Shown here: positions 1-12,857 of the stretch, piece by piece | Layout: each line of letters starts with the position of its first letter | How positions within the stretch are numbered: position 1 is the first letter of the stretch | Source: Oscillospiraceae bacterium | GTDB taxonomy: Bacteria > Bacillota > Clostridia > Oscillospirales > Acutalibacteraceae | NCBI GenBank assembly: GCA_031283835.1 | Contig: JAITBA010000081.1 | Location: 1 to 33,385, forward strand | Reading direction: 5' to 3' | DNA: 33,385 nucleotides | Notes under the pieces: generated by a model | Database searches by the model: none | What the model was told of the DNA's origin: nothing | The model's input: the letters and a program-made list of their open reading frames with translations, nothing else | Program-made: the position numbers and the translations under genes

Positions 1-1
1 C

Positions 2-94
2 GCCATAGACCCCGCCCTTTGCACCGGTTGCGGCCAATGCGTGGCCAAATGCCCCACAAAGAGCCTTGTCATGTCCTATAGCACAAACAAATAA
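2..94 (+). CDS. 3' end of a 4Fe-4S ferredoxin-type domain protein (partial, start lies outside the window)
   Basis: Frame 2 reads AIDPALCTGCGQCVAKCPTKSLVMSYSTNK then TAA. The CxxCxxCxxxCP cluster is a classic 4Fe-4S binding motif. The ORF runs to the window edge. Confidence 0.45.
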   Translation, partial: AIDPALCTGCGQCVAKCPTKSLVMSYSTNK

Positions 95-139
95 ATCGCC
101 AAAACAACAGACTTTTTGCGGGCAGGTGCAACAAACCAA

Positions 140-1663
140 ATGAACTACAAAGCACAAAAAAAGAAAACCAAAAACCCCGCTATCCGTGCGTCGCTCTTGT
201 TCCGAAAGTACTTCACGACGTTCATGGTCATTCTGTTGGTGGGGTTCACCATTCTGGGTTCGGTGCTGATGATTTTTTCGATGCAGTTTTGGACCCGGGA
301 CAAGCTATCGCTGCTTTTGGCGAACGCGGCGCAGGCGGCACACCTGGTGAGCGGCATCTATGCCCAAAGCCCCGACGGCACGCTCGACATGACGCGGCAA
401 ATGATGGTTTCCGCCGTGCTGGTGTCCAATTCCAGCAACCTGGGGGCCGATTTTTTTCTGTGCGACACCAATGGCCGCGTGGTGGCCTGCCAGGAGGATG
501 TGCCCGACGCGCTGCGGCTGTCGCTCGTGCAATGCAATATTCACGGCGTCCTCCGTCTGCCAAAGGAAGAAGCGCAGGCCGCCATGCAGGGGGAATACAC
601 ACAAACCGGGAACCTCGACGACAGCTTCGAACACATGATGTTGCTGGCGGCGGAGCCTTACTTTGTGCAGGGGCAACCCGCGGGTTTTGTGATGGCGGCC
701 CAGGAACTAAGTCAGGGGCTGTTTAACTACATCTTTGGGATTTTGCGGCTGTTTTTGCTCTCGAGCCTGGTGGTGGCGGTGCTGATGTTCGTTGCCGTGT
801 ATTTTATCGCCACCAACCTGGTGCGCCCCCTGATTGGCATCATGCGTGCCACCGAAACCTACGCCAAAGGCGATTTTGGCTACCGAGTCGAAGCGCAGGA
901 GGACAGCGAACTCAACAAGCTGGCGCAAGCCTTCAACTCCATGGCCATCAGTCTGGCGGCGCTGGAGGAATCGCGCCGCAGCTTTGTGGCCAATGTGTCC
1001 CACGAGCTCAAAACCCCCATGACCACCATCGGCGGGTTCATCGACGGCATGATAGACGGCACGGTGCCGCCCGCGCAGCACCAAAAATACTTCGCGGTGG
1101 TCAGCGGCGAAATTCGGCGCCTTTCGCGCCTAGTAACAGGCATGCTCAACCTTTCAAAAATCGAGGCCGGCGAGCTGCAAATGAAGCACGAGCCCCTCGA
1201 TATCAGCGAACTGATCTTTACCACCGTGCTTTCGTTCGAGCAGATTATGCAGCGCAAAGCGCTCACGCTGGCAGGCCTTGAGGGCCTGGAGTCCATGGTG
1301 CTGTTTGGCGACAAAGATTTGCTCACGCAGGTGTTCTATAACTTAATTGACAACGCCGTGAAGTTTACGCCGCAGGGCGGCCGGCTCACCTTTTTTGCAC
1401 AGCAAGATAAAAAGGGATTCCACTTCCGTCTGCGCAACACCGGCACGGGCGTGGCCGCAGAAGAGCTCAGCCGCATCTTTGAGCGTTTTTATAAGACCGA
1501 CAAATCCCGCAGCTACGACACCAAGGGCGCGGGGCTGGGGCTATATCTTGTGAAGACCATTATCACCATGCACGGCGGCAGCGTGGCGGCCGAAAGCGAC
1601 GGCGCCACCTTCATGACCTTCTCGGTGACGCTGCCGACGCAGGAAGGAAAAGAAACCACATGA
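140..1663 (+). CDS. Two-component sensor histidine kinase (2 TM + HAMP + HisKA + HATPase_c)
   Basis: The N-terminal hydrophobic segment and a second TM segment flank a putative extracytoplasmic loop. There is a HAMP-like linker, the H-box SHELKTPMTTIGGF, and N/G-box motifs (NLIDNAVKF, GTGVAAEEL, GAGLGLYL). The track start at 116 is a TTG; the first ATG is at 140. The stop overlaps the next gene (ATGA). Confidence 0.85.
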   Translation: MNYKAQKKKTKNPAIRASLLFRKYFTTFMVILLVGFTILGSVLMIFSMQFWTRDKLSLLLANAAQAAHLVSGIYAQSPDGTLDMTRQMMVSAVLVSNSSNLGADFFLCDTNGRVVACQEDVPDALRLSLVQCNIHGVLRLPKEEAQAAMQGEYTQTGNLDDSFEHMMLLAAEPYFVQGQPAGFVMAAQELSQGLFNYIFGILRLFLLSSLVVAVLMFVAVYFIATNLVRPLIGIMRATETYAKGDFGYRVEAQEDSELNKLAQAFNSMAISLAALEESRRSFVANVSHELKTPMTTIGGFIDGMIDGTVPPAQHQKYFAVVSGEIRRLSRLVTGMLNLSKIEAGELQMKHEPLDISELIFTTVLSFEQIMQRKALTLAGLEGLESMVLFGDKDLLTQVFYNLIDNAVKFTPQGGRLTFFAQQDKKGFHFRLRNTGTGVAAEELSRIFERFYKTDKSRSYDTKGAGLGLYLVKTIITMHGGSVAAESDGATFMTFSVTLPTQEGKETT

Positions 1664-2580
1664 ACCGCTGCATTTCTTTTTTAAAACGCGCCGCATCCTT
1701 TTGCCTCAGGCGGCTGCGTGGGCTGCTTGTGCGCCGGGAGGTGCTTTTGGGCGCGTGGGCAAACGCGCTGCACCTAAACCCGCGGTGCTGCCCGCGGGAG
1801 GAAACCCTGGGTAAAATTGCGGCGGGGGCGTCAATCGCGCGGTTTGGCGACGGCGAGCAGCTGCTAATCAGCACCTCCCTAAGCCTGGGGTTTCAGCCGC
1901 ACGACCGGCTGCTGGCCAAGCGGTTGCGGCAAGTGCTGCGCAGCCGCGTGCCCGGCCTGCTGGTGGGCATCCCCACCTACTTTCAGCACGATATGCCAAC
2001 CTACGCGGCCTTTGCGCAAGACTGGATTGCACAGCATTTGCGGCGCTTTCGCTGGCAGTGGGTGCGGCAAACCCGGTGCCGCAGGCGCTACGACAACGCC
2101 CATGTCACCCGGCCCTACATCGACATCCAGGACAAAGCCGAGGCCGCCCGTCTGTTTGGCCTGTGGAAGGCCCTCTTTGCGGGGCGCGACCTGGTGCTCC
2201 TCGAAGGCGCGCAAACCCGCATGGGCGTGGGGAATGATTTATTCGACGCCGCAAAGTCGGTGCAACGAATTCTCTGCCCGGCCGAAAACGCATGGAGCCA
2301 TTACCAAAAAATTTTTGCCGAAGCAAAAAAAAGCGAGCCCGGCGCGCTTATTCTCATCGCCCTGGGGCCAACAGCCACGGTGCTGGCCTACGATTTGCAC
2401 CTGGCAGGGCATCAGGCCATCGACATTGGGCATATTGATATTGAGTACGAATGGTTTTTGCGCGGCGCTGTCAATCGGATAACGATCCCGGGGAAATACG
2501 TAAACGAGGCCCCGGGCGGCAGCGCTGTCAAAATTTGCGACGACCCGGTCTATTTATCTCAGGTGATTGCGAGGATCTAA
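1660..2580 (+). CDS. Putative GT-D type glycosyltransferase (DUF1792-like)
   Basis: 306-aa ORF translationally coupled to the kinase (ATGA overlap). The motif SIARFGDGE followed by LLI resembles the conserved RxGDGE signature of DUF1792/GT-D proteins. The family assignment is from memory and not verified. Confidence 0.5.
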   Translation: MNRCISFLKRAASFCLRRLRGLLVRREVLLGAWANALHLNPRCCPREETLGKIAAGASIARFGDGEQLLISTSLSLGFQPHDRLLAKRLRQVLRSRVPGLLVGIPTYFQHDMPTYAAFAQDWIAQHLRRFRWQWVRQTRCRRRYDNAHVTRPYIDIQDKAEAARLFGLWKALFAGRDLVLLEGAQTRMGVGNDLFDAAKSVQRILCPAENAWSHYQKIFAEAKKSEPGALILIALGPTATVLAYDLHLAGHQAIDIGHIDIEYEWFLRGAVNRITIPGKYVNEAPGGSAVKICDDPVYLSQVIARI

Positions 2581-2581
2581 C

Positions 2582-3976
2582 ATGCAACGAACCGAAATTG
2601 CGAGGATTTTTGAAAACCCGGTCGCCTGGGCGGAAGGCGAAATTGTGGTGTGCGGTTGGGTGCGCACCCTGCGAGATTCGAAGGCCCTGGCCTTCATGCA
2701 AATGAGCGACGGGAGCAGCTTTGCGCCGCTGCAGGTGGTGCTGGAGGACGGCAAAACCGACGATTTTAAGACGGCGCGCAAGTGGGGCGCGGGCACGGCG
2801 GTTTGCGTCACGGGCACCCTGGCACTCACCCCCGAGGCAAACCAGCCCTTTGAGCTGCACGCCGCCCGCATAGCGCTGGAGGGCGCGTGCGACAGCGGCT
2901 ACCCCCTGCAAAAAAAGCGGCACAGCGTCGAATTTTTGCGCACGATTGGCCATTTGCGCCCCCGCACCAACCTGGTTGGCGCGGCCCTGCGGGTGCGCAG
3001 CGCGGCAGCCTTTGCCCTCCACAGCTTTTTTGGGGAGCAGGGTTTTCTCTATGCCCACACGCCCATCATCACCACCGCCGACGCCGAGGGCGCGGGTGAA
3101 ATGTTTTTGGTGACCACCCTGCCCATGGACGAAACGCCGCGCACACAAGAAGGGGCGCCGGATTATGCGCAAGATTTTTTTGGCAAGCCCGCGCACCTAA
3201 CCGTTTCGGGCCAGCTGCAAGGCGAGGCAATGGCCATGGCCTTCGGCAAAATCTATACCTTCGGCCCCACCTTTCGCGCCGAGGACTCCCACACCCAGCG
3301 CCACGCGGCGGAATTTTGGATGGTGGAGCCGGAAATCGCTTTTGCCGACCTGGCCGACGACATGGCGCTGGCCGAGGCGATGCTCAAATCCGTCGTCGCA
3401 CAGGTGACGCAACAGTGCCCCGCCGAGCTGGCTTTCTGCGCGCAATATGTCGACCCCGGCCTGACCGAGCGCCTGCAAGGCGTGCTGCGCGCCGACTTTG
3501 CCCGGGTAAGCTACACCCGGGCCATCGAACTGCTGCAGCCCTTTTCAAATGATTTTGACTACAAGCCGGTTTGGGGCTGCGACCTGCAAACCGAACACGA
3601 ACGCTGCCTAACCGAAAAAATCTTTGCGCGGCCCGTGTTTGTCACCGATTATCCAAAGGACATCAAGGCGTTTTATATGCGGCAGAATGACGACGGCAAA
3701 ACCGTGGCAGCCATGGATTTGCTGGTGCCCGGGGTGGGCGAAATCATTGGCGGCAGCCAGCGCGAGGAGCGCGCCGACCGGCTAGAAACGCGCCTGGCCC
3801 AAATGGGCGGCGACCCCGCGGCCTACCAATGGTACCTGGACTTGCGGCGCTTTGGCGGCTGCAAGCACTGCGGCTTTGGCCTGGGCTTCGAGCGCCTGGT
3901 GATGTATCTGACCGGCATCCCCAACATTCGCGATGTCATTGCTTTTCCCCGCACCGCGGGCAACGCCGCGTTTTAA
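2582..3976 (+). CDS. asnS: Asparaginyl-tRNA synthetase (class IIb aaRS)
   Basis: Has an N-terminal OB-fold anticodon-binding region (VCGWVRTLRD), class II motifs (FRAEDSHTQRHAAEFWMVEPE, GSQREER, GFGLGFERLVMY), and a length typical for AsnRS. The ATG at 2582 lies 1 nt after the upstream stop. Confidence 0.92.
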   Translation: MQRTEIARIFENPVAWAEGEIVVCGWVRTLRDSKALAFMQMSDGSSFAPLQVVLEDGKTDDFKTARKWGAGTAVCVTGTLALTPEANQPFELHAARIALEGACDSGYPLQKKRHSVEFLRTIGHLRPRTNLVGAALRVRSAAAFALHSFFGEQGFLYAHTPIITTADAEGAGEMFLVTTLPMDETPRTQEGAPDYAQDFFGKPAHLTVSGQLQGEAMAMAFGKIYTFGPTFRAEDSHTQRHAAEFWMVEPEIAFADLADDMALAEAMLKSVVAQVTQQCPAELAFCAQYVDPGLTERLQGVLRADFARVSYTRAIELLQPFSNDFDYKPVWGCDLQTEHERCLTEKIFARPVFVTDYPKDIKAFYMRQNDDGKTVAAMDLLVPGVGEIIGGSQREERADRLETRLAQMGGDPAAYQWYLDLRRFGGCKHCGFGLGFERLVMYLTGIPNIRDVIAFPRTAGNAAF

Positions 3977-7336
<3,360 letters not shown>

Positions 7337-7435
7337 CCGTTCCACTTTTTGGCACAAGTTCTGCAAAAAAATGTACATTTTCTTTCGTTTTTTGGCGCGC
7401 AAAACCTTGCCGGCAAAAATCTTTTAGAAAAAAGC

Positions 7436-7464
7436 TTGCTTTTTTGCGCGTAATCGTGTAAAAT
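7436..7464 (+). promoter_or_regulatory. Sigma-A type promoter: TTGCTT, 17-nt spacer, TAAAAT
   Basis: TTGCTT at 7436-7441, 17-nt spacer, TAAAAT at 7459-7464, upstream of the small secreted-protein gene. Confidence 0.45.
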
Positions 7465-7512
7465 AAAAATCAACAGAATCATTGGCACCAAACCCAAAGG
7501 AGGTATTTGCAC

Positions 7513-7848
7513 ATGAACACCCGTAAACTTCTGGCAGTGCTGCTGTGTGTGGCAACCGTGTTTTCCGTCATGACTGCCGTGGCCTACGCCGCACAATCCG
7601 CCGAGACGGCGCCGGTAGTGTATGCGCCCCCCTCGCAAGAAGCCACCACCACGCCCCCCCCCGAAACCACAAAAAGCTTCATCGAAAACCTCGATACCTG
7701 GTGGAACGGCGGTTTCCCCGAAGTCGACACCGTCCTGTGGAACAGCGGTTTCCGCACGGTAGTGGATTTCCTGGTTGCCGGCTTCCAGTTTCTTCTAAAA
7801 ATCGTCGGCTTCGATGCCTGGGGCGGCGGCATCCTCAACGGCGGCTAA
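7513..7848 (+). CDS. Small secreted hypothetical protein with an N-terminal signal peptide
   Basis: RBS AAAGGAGG upstream. Starts MNTRKLLAVLLCVATVFSVMTAVAYAAQSA (a signal peptide with an AYA-A cleavage site). Contains a Pro/Thr-rich linker. Followed by two rho-independent terminators. Confidence 0.55.
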   Translation: MNTRKLLAVLLCVATVFSVMTAVAYAAQSAETAPVVYAPPSQEATTTPPPETTKSFIENLDTWWNGGFPEVDTVLWNSGFRTVVDFLVAGFQFLLKIVGFDAWGGGILNGG

Positions 7849-7887
7849 GTCGCTTTGCTGTGTTTTTGCGGCAAACAACCAAAAGCG

Positions 7888-7921
7888 CCCCTGCAAACAT
7901 TTTGCAGGGGTCAGTGGTTTT
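7888..7921 (+). terminator. Rho-independent terminator (10-bp perfect stem, 3-nt loop, T-run)
   Basis: CCCCTGCAAA-CAT-TTTGCAGGGG followed by TCAGTGGTTTTTGTG. Confidence 0.5.
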
Positions 7922-7965
7922 TGTGTTCTGTCGCGCGGTTCCGTCGCAACCCCCCGAAATTGCGA

Positions 7966-8004
7966 ACCGCAACTGCGCTGCTTCAGTTGCGGTCTGCTTT
8001 TTTT
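7966..8004 (+). terminator. Rho-independent terminator, likely bidirectional between convergent genes
   Basis: ACCGCAACTG-cgctgctt-CAGTTGCGGT followed by CTGCTTTTTTT. An A-run on the other side could serve the convergent abrB-like gene. Confidence 0.6.
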
Positions 8005-8016
8005 GGCTGCGATAGA

Positions 8017-8286
8017 TTATTCGCCCTCCACCTGCTGCCCAACAATCTGTTCAAGATTGTCAACACAGTTGCGACAAATTTTGTAACCTGAATACTCGAT
8101 CATGCCGTCCGCACTTCCGCAGAATGTACACGCAGGCATATGCTTGCGCAAAACAATGCGATCCCCCTCCATAGAAATCTCAAGGGAATCTTCTCTGTCG
8201 TTGACTTTTAACATGCGACGGTACTCCTTGGGGATTACAATTCTGCCGACTTCGTCAATACCGCGGATAATTCCGGTCGTTCTCAT
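8017..8286 (-). CDS. abrB: AbrB/SpoVT-family transition-state regulator (swapped-hairpin DNA-binding domain)
   Basis: Begins MRTTGIIRGIDEVGRIVIPKEYRRMLKVNDREDSLEI, which closely matches the AbrB N-domain (MKSTGIVRKVDELGRVVIPIELRR). About 89 aa. RBS AGGAAAGAAGAGGA precedes the ATG. The longer track ORF (to 8358) is an upstream in-frame extension. Confidence 0.85.
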   Translation of the reverse strand: MRTTGIIRGIDEVGRIVIPKEYRRMLKVNDREDSLEISMEGDRIVLRKHMPACTFCGSADGMIEYSGYKICRNCVDNLEQIVGQQVEGE

Positions 8287-8579
8287 GCCGATCCTCTTCT
8301 TTCCTCTTTTCTTAACGATGAAGCCAGATATAACGCAGCGCAATTTATTATAGCACATAATGTAGAAAAAAGGAAGAGTATTGCCATACGAAATTTATAG
8401 AGAAAAATTCCCGTTTTTTGTGCATGATGATCTCGCGCTGCTGTTTTAATGTGCAAATTGTTCAAATCTAGTAACGCTTTAGCACGTGAGCGCAGCAGGG
8501 TTGTCATTTTTGTTTCTATTTGTCAGGGTTTGTGGTCCATTTGACACAAGTAGTTCATTAATATTTAAATAAAAACATC

Positions 8580-8608
8580 TTGACAGAATCGAATTAAAAT
8601 AGTATAAT
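8580..8608 (+). promoter_or_regulatory. Consensus sigma-A promoter: TTGACA, 17-nt spacer, TATAAT, for phoH-ybeY
   Basis: TTGACA at 8580-8585, 17-nt spacer, TATAAT at 8603-8608, about 40 nt upstream of the phoH ATG. Confidence 0.55.
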
Positions 8609-8648
8609 TTCATATAATTGCTTTTTTATTGCAGCCATCGGAGGTATT

Positions 8649-9626
8649 ATGACGGAAGAGCGCGTCCTCCCCATCGACCATATAGAAAACATCGTGCAGC
8701 TGTTTGGCAGCTTTGACGAAAACGTGAAGACCATCGAAGCGGCTTGCGGCGCTAGCATCCTTTGCCGCGGCAGTGAGCTGAAAATCATCGGCGAACCCGA
8801 AGCCGCAGACAAAGCGGCCCGTGCCGTCCAGGGTCTGCTCACCCTGATTCAAAAGGGCGAACCCCTCACCGACCAAAGCGTGCGCTACGTGCTCACGCTG
8901 GTGGAGGAAGGCGGCGACACCGCCGAAAAACTGGCCGCGCTCACCCACGGCAGTGTGTGCGTCACCGCCCAAGGCAAGCCTGTCAAGCCCAAAACCCTGG
9001 GCCAAAAAAAATACATCGAGGCCATCAAAAAAAACACCATCACCCTGGGGGTGGGGCCCGCGGGCACGGGCAAAACCTACCTAGCCGTGGCCATGGCCGT
9101 CACCGCCTTTCGCGCCAAAGAGGTCAGCCGCATCATCCTCACCCGCCCGGCTGTCGAAGCGGGCGAAAAACTGGGCTTTTTGCCCGGCGATTTGCAGCAA
9201 AAAGTCGATCCCTACCTGCGCCCGCTTTATGACGCGCTGTTCGAGATGATGGGCGCGGAGCAATTTGCCCGGCAGCAGGAGCGCGGCGCGATTGAAGTGG
9301 CCCCCCTGGCCTACATGCGTGGCCGCACCCTCGACGACAGCTTCATCCTCCTCGACGAGGCGCAAAACACCAGCATTGAGCAGATGAAGATGTTCCTCAC
9401 CCGCCTGGGCAACAACAGCAAAATCATCGTCACCGGCGATATCACGCAGATTGACCTGCCGGCAGGCAAACCCTCGGGCCTTGTGAACGCGGTGAAGGTG
9501 CTGCGGGGCGTGGAGGATATCGCCATCATCCGGTTTAACGAAAAAGACGTCGTGCGCCACCGTTTGGTGCAGGCGATCATTAAAGCCTACGAGAAAGAAG
9601 AGGTTCGCAAAACACATGGCAAATAA
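8649..9626 (+). CDS. phoH: PhoH-family ATPase (KH-like N-terminal domain + PhoH P-loop NTPase)
   Basis: RBS GGAGGT upstream. Walker A GPAGTGKTYLAVAMAV, plus the DEAQN Walker B-like box and PhoH-family conserved regions. Confidence 0.9.
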   Translation: MTEERVLPIDHIENIVQLFGSFDENVKTIEAACGASILCRGSELKIIGEPEAADKAARAVQGLLTLIQKGEPLTDQSVRYVLTLVEEGGDTAEKLAALTHGSVCVTAQGKPVKPKTLGQKKYIEAIKKNTITLGVGPAGTGKTYLAVAMAVTAFRAKEVSRIILTRPAVEAGEKLGFLPGDLQQKVDPYLRPLYDALFEMMGAEQFARQQERGAIEVAPLAYMRGRTLDDSFILLDEAQNTSIEQMKMFLTRLGNNSKIIVTGDITQIDLPAGKPSGLVNAVKVLRGVEDIAIIRFNEKDVVRHRLVQAIIKAYEKEEVRKTHGK

Positions 9627-10119
9627 AATCAAGGTGATTATTTCTGACGACCAACAGGAGGTGCGCGTCCCCACGGGGATCCGTCTGCTGCTGCGCCGCG
9701 CGTGCACAGCTGTTTTGGCGCAAGAAAAATTCAAAGACCCGGCAGAAATCAGCGTGCGCTTTGTCGATCACGACGAAATCCGCTACCTAAACGCGCAGCA
9801 CCGCAACAAAGACGATGTGACCGACGTGCTCAGTTTTCCTCTGGGAGAAAACGGGCACTACGACACCAACCTCAGCACCGGCGCGAAGGTGCTGGGCGAT
9901 ATCGTGATTGACCTGCCCCGCGCGGCCGAGCAAGCCCGTCTCTACGGCCACACCCTTCAGCGGGAGCTGGCTTTTCTCACCGTGCACTCCATGCTGCACC
10001 TGCTGGGCTACAACCACGAGCAAAGCGGCATCGACAGCGTGCGCATGCGCGAGAAAGAGGAGGCTGTGCTTGCCCAACTGGGCCTGCCCCGCGGGCACAG
10101 CTACATCCTCGAGGAATAA
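9616..10119 (+). CDS. ybeY: Endoribonuclease YbeY (rRNA maturation factor)
   Basis: The zinc-binding H-x3-H-x5-H motif HSMLHLLGYNHE is present. About 167 aa. Overlaps the phoH stop, a conserved phoH-ybeY arrangement. Confidence 0.92.
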   Translation: MANKIKVIISDDQQEVRVPTGIRLLLRRACTAVLAQEKFKDPAEISVRFVDHDEIRYLNAQHRNKDDVTDVLSFPLGENGHYDTNLSTGAKVLGDIVIDLPRAAEQARLYGHTLQRELAFLTVHSMLHLLGYNHEQSGIDSVRMREKEEAVLAQLGLPRGHSYILEE

Positions 10120-10135
10120 TTTTGCACAAAAGCAG

Positions 10136-10176
10136 AACACACCCTGCCGGGTTCACCGGTGGGGTGTGTTTTTTGT
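10136..10176 (+). terminator. Rho-independent terminator after ybeY
   Basis: AACACACCC ... GGGGTGTGTT hairpin (with an inner CCGG-GTTC-ACCGG stem) followed by TTTTTTGTG. Confidence 0.65.
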
Positions 10177-10406
10177 GCGCGGCGCTTCGTGCAACCGCAA
10201 CAATTTGCCGGATAAAATATATTTTCACATTTCCACAACCCGACAAAATCCAGCCCTTTGTTTTTGTATAATACTACTATACCATACTAAATTTTTCGGT
10301 AAAATTTCCGTTTTGCTCCGTCAAACTATGCGCACGTGCGCAAGGTTTGGTTGGGGGCGCCATCAATTTTAAAAAAGCAGACTTGTGAATAGGGAAGGAT
10401 GAGAAA

Positions 10407-12857
10407 ATGGAACCGGTATCGACAAAGGCCGCAGGGCCGCGGTTGTTAGGGCGCATTCTGGAATGTATAAAAAACACACAAAAAGCAGAAAAGCAAACGC
10501 ACCGGCTGCGCAGTCTTGTGCTGCTTGCGGCGGCGGAGATGGGCGCGGCCGTTTTGGCGGGCTTGCTCACGCGGCCGGGGCTGGCGGGCGGGGCGTTTGC
10601 CCCGGCGGCACCCTTCGCTATGGCGCTGGCGGCGGCGGGCAGCGTGCGTTTTTTGGGCATGGAGGTTTTTGGCATAGCGGCGGGCAGCTTGCTGCTGCTG
10701 CCCTACCCGTCGTGCGTCACGGTGATGGCCGCAGGGGCGGCGGCGGGCCTGCTAAACCTTGCCTGCCGCAAATGCGGTGCCAAGCGCACGGTGGCCGCGC
10801 CCTTAAGCGCCTGCGTCTGCGCGGCGGCGGCGTCTGTGCTCTCGTTTGCCGCGGCCCCGCCGGCGCAAGAGATTGCCTGGGTGTTTGCGCTGTGCGGCGC
10901 GGCGCTGGCGGGCTGCATGGCCTATTTTATTGTCCAGGCCCAAGGCGTGCGCGGCGCGGGGCCGCGGGCTTTGCTCCCTCAAGATTGCGCGGCGCTGCTG
11001 CTGTGCTGCGGCATGTGCCTGAGCGCCTTCGGCGGTTATACCCTCGGTCTGTTTTGCCCGGCGCGTGTGGTGGGCGTGCTGCTGGTGCTGGCGGCGGCGT
11101 GCTGCTGGCGCGAAACCGGCGGCGCGGTGGCCGGGCTGTGCGTTGGCCTTTCGCTCACCCTTGCGGGGGGCGACCCTTCGTTTGCCGCCGTGTATGGCCT
11201 GGGCGGCCTGCTGGCCGGGTTCATGGGCTGTGCGGGCTTTCAACGTCGACGGCGGCGACCCAAAACCGACGCGATGGTGCGCACGACCCTCCCTGCGGCG
11301 GGCGGGTTTGCGCTGGCAAGCGTATTCTATGTTGCCTTGCGCGGTGCCGCCACGCCTGACCCTTCGGACGTTGTGATTTTTGCCCTCGAAACCCTGGGGG
11401 CCGTCGTCGTTTTTGCGGCTATCCCCGCGCGCGTGTGGAACACCTTGCGTGTTGCCGCCCAAAAAAACGCGCAAGTCGCCCTGCCGCCCGCCGAATCGCA
11501 GGCCAAGCTGCGGCTGGCGCAAACCGCCATGGCACTGCGGCGCGTGGGGGAATACATCAGCGAGGTTTCGGCAGGGCTCGAAAAATTAAGCGAGAACGAC
11601 AGCGCGCTCTTGTTTGCCGCGGCAAGGCAGCCCGTTTGCGACCGCTGCGAAGACCGTGACAAGTGCCAACAGCGCTTCACGGCCTTTGATGCCTGGGCGG
11701 CCAAAACCCTGCGCCGCAGCCGCGATGTCACCCAGGAAGAAATTGTGGACGCAAGGCACGCCTGCGGCATTCGCGCGCCCTGCAAGCAGCCCGAAGAGCT
11801 GCGGGCCGCGCTGGCGTGCGCCTGCAACGCAAACACCACCCCCGAAGCCCATAGCGTAGCGGAATCTCAGCTGCGCCAAATAGCGGCGGCGCAGTTCGAA
11901 ACCCTTGCGGCCTTGTTAGACGAGTTGGGCGCGCAACTGGAACAAAGTGCCGCCGCCGAAGACGAAATGGTGCAAACCGCCCTGCGCGTGCTGGAAGATC
12001 ACGGCTTTCGGGCGCAGGCCGTGGCCGCAACCCGTGGCACAACGCCACAAAACCCCGCCCACCTCGCAGCCGCCGTGCACCCGCGCGAACATCACAGCAC
12101 AAAAAAAACACTCGCAGCCGCCCTCACGCGCGCCACGGGCATTCCTTTTGCTCTTTCAAAAACCACGCCCCTGGCCGAAGGCATGCTGCTCACCTTCGCC
12201 CAAGCCCCGCGCTACCGGCTCGAAACCGGCGCGGTGCAAATGAGCTCCAGCGCTTCGGCCTACTGCGGCGATTATTTTGACTGCTTTGACGACGGCATGG
12301 GCCGCGAAGTGCTGGTTATCAGCGACGGCATGGGCACCGGCGGGCGCGCGGCAGTCGATTCTGCCCTGGCGGCGGAGGTGTTTGGTGCCTTGGCGCGCTG
12401 CGGCGTTGGTTTTAAAAACGCGGTGAACGTGGTCAACCAGGCCCTGCTGCTCAAAAGCTGTGACGAAACCCTCGCTACCCTCGATGTCGTCGGCGTTAAC
12501 CTCTACTCCGGCGAAGTCTCGTTCTGCAAAGCGGGCGGTTCCGTCTCGTTTTTGCGCCAGGGCGCCAAAGTCACGCGGCTCGAACTTAGCGCCCTCCCCG
12601 CGGGCATCCTGCGAACCATCTGCCCTGCCCAGGCCCAAACCACCCTTGCCCCCGGCGATATCCTTGTCATGGTTTCCGACGGCATGCTCTGTGGCGGCGA
12701 CGCATGGCTTTGCCAAGCGCTGGCCCGCTGGCCCGGCGGCACCATGCAAGCCCTAGCCGACCACCTTGCCGCCCTAGCCGTTGGTCAGCGTGAACAATCT
12801 GCCCGCGAAGACGACCTCACCGTTTTGTGCGCACTGCTGCTTCTTCAAAAAAACTAG
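10407..12857 (+). CDS. spoIIE: Stage II sporulation protein E (polytopic membrane domain + PP2C phosphatase)
   Basis: Has about 10 hydrophobic helices in the first ~330 aa, a central regulatory region, and a C-terminal PP2C domain (YCGDYFDCF, VISDGMGTGGRA, ATLDVVGVNLYSGEVSFCKAGG, GDILVMVSDGM) closely resembling B. subtilis SpoIIE. Its stop codon TAG is formed at the junction with the MITE-like element. Confidence 0.85.
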   Translation: MEPVSTKAAGPRLLGRILECIKNTQKAEKQTHRLRSLVLLAAAEMGAAVLAGLLTRPGLAGGAFAPAAPFAMALAAAGSVRFLGMEVFGIAAGSLLLLPYPSCVTVMAAGAAAGLLNLACRKCGAKRTVAAPLSACVCAAAASVLSFAAAPPAQEIAWVFALCGAALAGCMAYFIVQAQGVRGAGPRALLPQDCAALLLCCGMCLSAFGGYTLGLFCPARVVGVLLVLAAACCWRETGGAVAGLCVGLSLTLAGGDPSFAAVYGLGGLLAGFMGCAGFQRRRRRPKTDAMVRTTLPAAGGFALASVFYVALRGAATPDPSDVVIFALETLGAVVVFAAIPARVWNTLRVAAQKNAQVALPPAESQAKLRLAQTAMALRRVGEYISEVSAGLEKLSENDSALLFAAARQPVCDRCEDRDKCQQRFTAFDAWAAKTLRRSRDVTQEEIVDARHACGIRAPCKQPEELRAALACACNANTTPEAHSVAESQLRQIAAAQFETLAALLDELGAQLEQSAAAEDEMVQTALRVLEDHGFRAQAVAATRGTTPQNPAHLAAAVHPREHHSTKKTLAAALTRATGIPFALSKTTPLAEGMLLTFAQAPRYRLETGAVQMSSSASAYCGDYFDCFDDGMGREVLVISDGMGTGGRAAVDSALAAEVFGALARCGVGFKNAVNVVNQALLLKSCDETLATLDVVGVNLYSGEVSFCKAGGSVSFLRQGAKVTRLELSALPAGILRTICPAQAQTTLAPGDILVMVSDGMLCGGDAWLCQALARWPGGTMQALADHLAALAVGQREQSAREDDLTVLCALLLLQKN

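Noticed and set aside
116-139. Upstream TTG start for the histidine kinase, and similar non-ATG starts proposed by the ORF track at 7507, 13469, 29533, 30851 and 20962
   Set aside because: The track extends ORFs to the furthest alternative start codon. Internal ATGs with proper GGAGG-type Shine-Dalgarno spacing were preferred.
10177-10406. Spo0A boxes and a sigma-A promoter for spoIIE in the ybeY-spoIIE intergenic region
   Set aside because: A TATAAT is present at about 10267, but there is no convincing -35 and no exact TGNCGAA match. This is too weak to annotate.
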